Of a stretch of DNA of 64,000 nucleotides, positions 55,916 through 64,000 are shown piece by piece. This DNA is from Octopus vulgaris. Its lineage: Eukaryota. The notes under the pieces are model-generated. The model made no database searches and was not told the DNA's origin. It saw only the letters and a program-made list of their open reading frames with translations. The stretch is from positions 39,618,001-39,682,000 of the forward strand of contig OX597822.1 of assembly GCA_951406725.2 (NCBI GenBank), written 5' to 3'. The position numbers and the translations under genes are program-made. Positions within the stretch are counted from its first letter, which is position 1. Each line of letters starts with the position of its first letter.

Positions 55916-56269
55916 TATAAATATGTATGTGTGTGTGTGTGTGTTTGTGTGTATGTGTTTGCGTGTATGTTTGTGTGTGTGTATATACACATACATGTTT
56001 ACCTTTATATTTTACTTGTTTCCGCCATTGGACTGCGGCCTTGCTGGGGCACCGCCTTGAAGGATATTTTGTCAAATTAATCAATTCTAATATTTTTTTA
56101 AAGCTGTACTACTTCTATCGTCACCTCTTTTGCCGAATCACTAAGTTTCGGAGACGTAAACACACCAAGACCGGTTGTCAAGCAGTGGTGGGGGCCAAAC
56201 ACACAGGTATACATATACATACATACTTGCATCTATACATACAGACATACATACATACTTATATATATG

Positions 56270-57530
56270 GTCTGGGACACTGCGGAAGTAGAGCTGGTCG
56301 ACAATATTCTAAAAGTGTACGAAGCGATGCCGGGAGTAAAGAAAAATTCAGACTAGTTGGTTGGCTTGCTGCTCGGTACCTGAAGAGCTAAATTTATGTT
56401 AATGGACAGTACTTTGAAGCGCTGGGTGGATTGACAATTTAAACTGCATGAAGTTTGTCTTGGTCCAGACCTCTAAATGGACTGTAACTGGATAAAAGTT
56501 AGAAGAGTGACAATTCCAACGAATACACTGAGAGAACGTTACCCCTGTAAGATGTCATGTGGTTGGGAGTTCCTATAACATCTCCGTCATAATTTGCTGT
56601 CTGACCGCTGTGCCTTATCTCAGCTCCCGTTTGACCAGTTTGGAGAAACTGTTTTTCTGCCACCTGTTTAGGGGGCGCGTTCCACAAATCGGACGGTTGA
56701 TTTGCTCCATCATCCCTATAGCGTGCGCTGACACCTATAGAGACAAGTCTGGTTGTCAGGCTTGTAAAAGGAGCGAAACTGTTCCAGATGCACCTGTGCA
56801 ATGTGCCGGCGTTTCTGATTGTGAAGTTATGTCGAGAAGCTGTCAACACTTGCAGAAAGGATCCGACTATCGGCCGAGTCCTTTTGATACTCGCCCCAAC
56901 GTCCTCCTTTAATCGGGCAGTTTTCCTCTGTCTGGTAGCTATCGTGAAAGAGGCTGTATGGCGGACAAGGCTAAACGGATTGAGGGCAGTCAACTTCATC
57001 TCCGGTCGACTTTTTGAATTTCAATGGAGAAAGAAAAGTGAAGGTAGAGAGGTTAGTGCTCTCCTCCAGCCAAATTTTCGGAAAGGTCATTGTGGAGACA
57101 ATGGTCAGACTAGATGGAAATGTTTTAAGCATGTACCTATAGATCGGTGACCTGTTGAAGAGAAAACTTGCTTTTGGTGATCAGAGTGATCATAGATCCG
57201 CGTGGATCCCTGGTTGGCCTGTGTTAGAGGTCGTCTTGTATCAAGATAGTTACCGACCCCAAATACTGATGGTGTTCTGGAAGAGTCGACACTTCTGCTC
57301 TGAGAGTCTGTGGAGCTGCGTAGATTGTTTTCCTATCTTCTATTTGTACTTTATATACTTGCTATTCTTACTGTTATTCTCTTCTTTCCCTGCTCTTCAC
57401 TTCATTTTCCCCACTTTCCTATTCTGGCCAAAAGGTTTTCATTCCCATACCTGGAGCAGTCGTTCTGTTTTACACTTCAGCCGTGTGCCCTCTTTTCCGC
57501 GCCCACTTTAGAATATAATTTCTGGATAGC
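56270..57530 (+). mobile_element. Decayed Tx1/L1-clade LINE 3' region
   Basis: CQACKRSETV...QC knuckle remnant, AVFLCLVAIVKEAVWRTR; pyrimidine-rich 3' UTR. Confidence 0.65.
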
Positions 57531-58239
57531 TTTGTGATATTCGGAAGGCACTAAAGGTCCAAGCAGATTCAAAATGAGCGCATGATGTTGCGAGTCCCTT
57601 TATTACTCAGAATCCGCCTGTGCCACAATGTTGATAATGAAACAAGGGTTCACAGCGACTCCAATAACATTGAATAGCCCTTGTATTTCTCATGGCGAAT
57701 CTATCGTTAAAAGAGAGGCGTATAGCGCAGCTCATTATTCTAGGTTATATAAAAACGAGTACACGCTTCTATGGGCTCTGTCCGAGAGAAGAGGCAGGCA
57801 TTCTTTCGCAAGACTCCCACAAACACACCCTTTCATTTCGTATAAAAACCTTGTCCATTATTTGTTAAAGAATGGTACTTTCTTTGTACTTTCACGGACA
57901 TATTCCTTGGGCAAGGAGGTACTCTCTTATGCAACTCATCTGGCCTAATTTTTTCCCTTTTCCAAGATCGCGTTCACATCTTCTACCTCTATAATCCGCA
58001 ACGTTAGCAAAACTCTCTTTTTGTTGTTATTGTTGGTGGTGTTCTCGCTGCTGTTTTTATTGTTTTTGTTACAAATGAGCTATTTTTGTTTTTTCACCGT
58101 CTAACTCTAAATGTTTGTGCTTGAAATGCTATCTTTTTAATTGCCATTTGTGTTTTAGTGTGTTTGTTTTTTGTATTGGAAAAAAATTAGAGGTCGGGGT
58201 AGGGGCATAGACAATTCTTTGCCATTGCGACTGCGACAA

Positions 58240-58478
58240 TCATCATAATCCTCAGTCTACCACCAACAACAACAATAAGTACCACCATCACCACTACCAC
58301 CACTACTACTACCACCATTATCACCACCATCACCACTTCTACCACTACCAACCCTACCAGCTCCGCCACCTGCATTACCATGGACACTATATTCTTCTCT
58401 CATCCTCAGCATCATCACCTCTTCCATGTTTCAGACTACAAAACCAGCACCAGCACCAGCACCAGCACCAGCACCAGC

Positions 58479-58509
<31 letters not shown>

Positions 58510-59751
58510 CCACCACCACCACCACCACCACCACTACAACTACCATTAGTACCATCACTACCACCATTTACTGCCACCACCCTTACAGCTACCAATGACC
58601 AATACCATTACTGCCGTCATCTCTACCAGTTGTCGCTACCAATACAACAACCACTACAACCTTACCACTACAATTTTACCCACTACTACAATCCCTACTG
58701 CCACCCTTGCCGTGGCCCTACAACCACTACGACGACGATCGTCACCACCACCACCATCACCATCACCACCACCATCATCACGGCCATTACGTTCGCCACC
58801 ATCATCAACACCACCACCATCACCACCACCACTACGTTTGCCACCATCATCACCACCGCCACTGACATCACCGCACTACCACCACCACCGCCGCCGCTGC
58901 CGCTACAACCCTCATCACCACCGCCACCACCACCACCGCTACCACCACCTTCAATACCATAATCCTTGCTATCATATTAACATCCTGAAGATATGACCCA
59001 AAAAAACAAGTCGAGCTGACTGATGGTGTGTGGTGGTGGTGGTGATGGTGGTGGTGGAGGTGGTGTTAACGATGGCGGTGTTGGTGTTGTTGCTGGTGGT
59101 GGTGATGATGTAGGTGTTTGTGGCGGAGTTGGCGGTGATGATGGCGCGACGGCGGCGGTAAGAGAGAGAGAGAGAGAGAGAGAGAGGAGAATGAGGAGGG
59201 GTGGGCGGGAAGTTGAGTATGTGCTTGTGTGAGCGTGTGCTGGTGTTTGGTATAGTGCGAAAAAATACGGGTGGGATGAGGGTTGTAGCCGCTCTGGGAG
59301 TAGTGTTGGTAGGGGTGTTCAGGGTGGATGCAGGGGGTAATGTACTCGAGTGTGGTGTGCGCGTAGAGAGAGTGAATGGGAGTGGGAGTGGTGGTGGGTG
59401 GAATTGCAGGGTGCGGGGTGGACGTGATAAGATATAGGGGGTGGCAGGAGGGGCGGTGGAAGTCGATGTTACGGTGCGGCAAGGCAAGGCAAGGGTACTT
59501 GGTAATAAGGAGCGGGGTGGTGGGTATATGCGACGGTACGCATTAAGGGTGTGGTGTGAGAGATGTGTATTCGGTGTAGTTGGTGGGGTGGGGTGATGCG
59601 CGTGGGGTGTAAACAGAGGGAAGAGGTCGAAAAAGAGGTGTGGGTGTGGTCTGGTTAGGGTGCGAGTACAGTGGTAGCGGTGGTGATGGTGATGGTGATG
59701 GTGATGTTGGACTGTATATATGTGTCGAAAACAAACACCAGCACTACTAGC

Positions 59752-59785
<34 letters not shown>

Positions 59786-60035
59786 TCATCATCACCATCA
59801 TCGCCATCATCATCATCATCCTCCTCCTCCTCATCATCATCATCATCACCATCGTCGCCGTCGTCGTCGTCGTCGTCGTCGTCGTCATCATCAACAGCAG
59901 CAACAACAACGAAAAACAAGCAATAACAAAATGGCCAGAACCGTCCTCGCCGCCCGCAACAGCACTAACATTACCAGCAGCACAAGAGCAACAACTGCAG
60001 CAACGACGACAACAACAACAACAACAACAACAGCA
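58240..60035. repeat. (CAC)n/(GGT)n/(CAT)n-derived low-complexity block
   Basis: Directly visible; gives Pro/Thr/His-rich spurious ORFs. Confidence 0.85.
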
Positions 60036-60229
60036 CCGACACTTCCAGCGTCACCGCCCTGGACACCATCGAGAAAAAGACATTAACAACTCCCTTCCCT
60101 CGCCTCCACAAAACTGGACTCACATCATTAACGTCAAACCCCCACGTGGTCGCTCTATATGCAAGAAATGATAACGAAAACACTCTGAAATTAGATCCTC
60201 GCATCCTAAAAAAATGAAGTACGCTTAAG

Positions 60230-60377
60230 ATGCAGGAGTGACTGTGTGGTAAGAATCTTGTCTCTCAGCCACATGGTTCTGAGTTCAATTCCACTGCGTG
60301 GCAACTTGGGCGAGTGTCTTCTGCTCTAACCACTGAGCTATGCGCCGCACACACAAACACACAGGCACGCATACACA

Positions 60378-60442
<65 letters not shown>

Positions 60443-60655
60443 ACACACATTATATATGTTCGTGTGTTTGTGTTTGGCTGACCACCATTGCTTGACAACC
60501 GATGTTGGTGTGTTTACGTCCCAGTTATACAGCGGTTCGGCAAAAGAGACCGATAGAATAAGTACTAGGCTTACAAAGAATAAGTCCTCTGGTTGATTTG
60601 TTCGACTAAAGGCGGTGTCCCAATAAGTCCGCAGTTATATGACCGAAACAAGTTA
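60230..60655 (+). mobile_element. SINE family A
   Basis: Homology. Confidence 0.8.
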
Positions 60656-60977
60656 AGTCCCGAGCCCCTCTGATTCCTATTTGACTCTACTTTGACTCTA
60701 CTTTGACTCTGCTTTGACTCTACTTTGATTCCTGTATGGGCCCTCATAGCCATTTGATGATTAAAAATATTCCTATTATACTTCTATTATTAAATATTAT
60801 TAGTTTAAAATTCTGACACAAGACCAGCAATTTTGAGGGAGGCGGTAGTCAATAACATCGTACCAGTGCATAACTGGTACTTATTTTATCGTCACCAAAA
60901 GGATGGAAGGCAAAGGCGGCCTCGGCGATAATTAAAGTTTATTAGTAATTGTATAAAAAAGAAAGTTGTTGAAATAG

Positions 60978-61149
60978 GCGCAGGCGTGGCTGTGTGGTAA
61001 GAAACTTGCTTCCCAGCCACATGGTTCTGGATTCAGTCCCAGTGCGTAGCACCTTGGACAAGTGTCTTCTACCATACCTTTGAACCGAATCAAGCCTAGC
61101 GAGTGGATTTGCTAGACGGAAACTGAAAGAAGCCCGTCGTGTCTGTGTG

Positions 61150-61207
<58 letters not shown>

Positions 61208-62369
61208 CTATATATATATATTTAAGTGAAAAAGAAAATGAAGATTGGGAAGTTAACTGTTTATTATTAACAACAAATCAATCATCACTTACAGCTGTTT
61301 CAATTAATACTCTTAATTAATTGAATATTAAATTCATATGACGTGAGCATAATATCTTCATATATATATATATATATATATATATACTAGCATTAAAGAC
61401 CCGTCGTTGCCGGGTCATAGTGCTAGTGCATGTATATATGTGTATATATATGTGTACATATTACTTGTACATCTATATATATACATCTACACATAAAATA
61501 CAAAATACAAAGTTATATCTTGATATCGCTAGTGATAACAATACTCAAAATATATAACAGACTGGAATTGTTAGCCCGTCTCTTGTAATTTCGATCAATT
61601 GTATCTTGTCCTCCCTCTTGTATAGAAGTGTGGCTACAATCCAGCCTACCTCTACTTCTGGTGGGGGAGGGGACATTTTAAATTTTTTTCCGGCACGTCC
61701 TACGTCCCAGATATAATGGTAAAAATAAAATATTTCCACTTTGCAAGTTCGAGTCGAGTACTTCCTTGCACGCTCCGTTGACTCGAACCTTGCTTCTATT
61801 GTGGCGAATTTACCGCCTCTGATTAGATACCTTTCATAGTCGCACCAAGACATTTTTCGAAGGTGCTTTCCTCCATGTCTTCTTTTTTCTCTACATTGTA
61901 TACTTTATAGACAATAGTCTTTTCTTTAATTTAATTTTTTATTATCCATCTGGACTATTTCATTTCTGCACGCTAATTTTATTTTTAATTTATTCCCATT
62001 CATGTGAAACCAGTTATTCAAGTTCAAATCATTGATGCAATTTTATACCAATTGCTATTTTTACTTTTGTTATGTTACAATTATATTATACTTTAGTTTG
62101 ATTTTAATTATTACTTACTACATATAATTCAATTATTATTATTATTTTTATTGTTAAAGTGAAAGTATCTGACATAAAATAGAGAAACGTTTTTGTTTCA
62201 CTTTTAACACGTAATACTGAAATAGTGGAGAAGATATGATATTGCTATGGGCTCGTTCTAGGCAAAAAGATCAACATTTTTTTTGCCGATGACACTCCCC
62301 GGACCCTAAGTAAGACGTGTAAAATTTGAATGAAATTGGTTGTGTTGTTCTCAAGTTTTAGGGAAACAC

Positions 62370-62404
<35 letters not shown>

Positions 62405-62447
62405 CACATTTTCAGTTTTATATGTATAAAGATATATATATACATAC

Positions 62448-62478
<31 letters not shown>

Positions 62479-62772
62479 TGTATGTATGTATGTATATATA
62501 TATATATATATATATATACATACATACATATATATACGCGCACACATACAAATGTATATGTTCGTTTGCCTGTGTTCGTTCCCCCCCCACCATCGTTTGA
62601 CAACTGATGTTGGTGTGTTTACGCCCGCGTTACTGAGCGGTTCGGCAAAAGAGACCGATAGAATATGTATGAGGCTTACAAAAAGAAAAAAGAGAGTCGT
62701 CGGGGTCGATTTGTACGACTAAAACGCGATGCTTCAGCATGACCGCAGTCAAATGACTGAAACAAGTAAAAT
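60978..62772 (+). mobile_element. SINE family A split at its internal microsatellite (halves 60978-61141 and about 62570-62772)
   Basis: Collinear halves around nested inserts. Confidence 0.7.
61387..62432 (-). mobile_element. Non-autonomous Helitron-like element
   Basis: Minus strand: A|TC start, (CTGT)n near the 5' end, hairpin GACCCG-GCAACGA-CGGGTC just before CTAG|T. Confidence 0.65.
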
Positions 62773-63035
62773 AAAATTAAGCAAACTTACGGAGACAATA
62801 TTTAAAAATCGCTTGAGGAAACCCAACTAGTTCTCATAATGCAGAGAAACAGTTGCCTAATCAAGTACCTGCACACCTGGAGAACTGCGTTGCGTGGAAA
62901 CAACTGTAGTGATTAAAGAATAAATGTCTAGCTGTACCCTTCTTGTTGACTCTAATTTTTTCAATAATAATAATAATAATGATAATAATAATAATAATAA
63001 TAATGATATGTCTCTCTCTCTCTCTCTCTCTCCCT

Positions 63036-63118
<83 letters not shown>

Positions 63119-63180
63119 CATTCAGATGAATATGGTACGTAAGTTGAGGCACTAGAATTTAGTACGGCATTAGCCATACA

Positions 63181-63253
<73 letters not shown>

Positions 63254-64000
63254 GAGAGCGAGAGAGCGCGGGGGAGAGAGAACATTGCAAACAATGAATG
63301 AAATAGACATGAAATGAAAAAACCGTATAAATAAAAGGGCAATACTACAGATGTATACACCCCCGAGTTTGTTGCCTCATAACATCCAGAAAAATGAATA
63401 CTTTTTAATAAAATTTTCTACAAATACCGCTTAGATATTGTGGCTTCAGAGTATATAGGGATTTATGGGAAAGAATTTTTCCGAGAGGGTGGAGAGAGGA
63501 GTTTTGGAAAATTCACACGATCTGACATTTTCTCCGCATAACTTTCAGGAAAACGGTATCATTTAATGAAAATTGATATAAATCCCTTTCAAACGGCATA
63601 GATTACGATTTTAAAGAAATTTGTGGGGAAATCTTTTCGGTGTTTTTCCCCATTTTTATTTTTTTTAAACATCTTTCGAAATGATGGGGTTGGGATGAGG
63701 GGGAGACATATTTGTATGAAAAAGTTTTGAAAATCTTTTATTTTACAACCCCACCTCCATCATCCTCCTACTCTGGATCTATTTTGACCAATTTTTTTTT
63801 TTTTGCATTTCAAAACCACAGGAAGACCATTTTCGGTAAAAATTTCTTTTAAGTTGTTGATATTTTCAGAGGGAAAAATGACTGATTTAAGGACAATTTC
63901 GCTATTGTTTCTAGCACATCGAAATACAACCCTCCTCGTTTCTTCACCCTCTCATCTATTGATATTTTTTCAATATTCTTTCCCCTTAAATACATTTATA

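Noticed and set aside
58426-58962. Extensin/formin-like proline-rich gene
   Set aside because: (CCA)n/(CCAGCA)n-derived; all frames are low complexity and no splice support is visible
60680-60731. 11 bp tandem repeat (TTTGACTCTAC)x4-5
   Set aside because: Ordinary local slippage repeat
63355-64000. Probable non-autonomous DNA element at the window end
   Set aside because: Ends not visible; cannot classify

Overview
AT-rich eukaryotic, repeat-dominated window. The SINE and LINE repertoire suggests a cephalopod (Octopus-like) genome; this is an inference. I found no credible host protein-coding exon: almost all ORFs in the track are microsatellite translations. Recognisable content: (i) 5'-truncated R4/Dong-type non-LTR retrotransposons with a restriction-like endonuclease, stacked in (TAA)n tracts together with a non-coding ~555 bp element; (ii) CR1-like and Tx1/L1-like LINE fragments; (iii) several tRNA-derived SINE families whose 3' tails match LINE 3' ends present in this same window; (iv) a decayed Tc1 transposon, Helitron/Helentron-like elements and hAT-like MITEs; (v) Penelope-like (PLE) remnants with type I hammerhead ribozyme motifs, at least 5 well formed. 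The most unusual signal is a dispersed repeat with four diverged copies (2.8, 6.2, 54.2, 55.0 kb). Each carries all hammerhead core elements, with covarying stems I and III, but in the order NUH -> GAAA -> CUGANGA, which is not any of the type I/II/III circular permutations. All structure calls were made by eye and need computational and biochemical confirmation.
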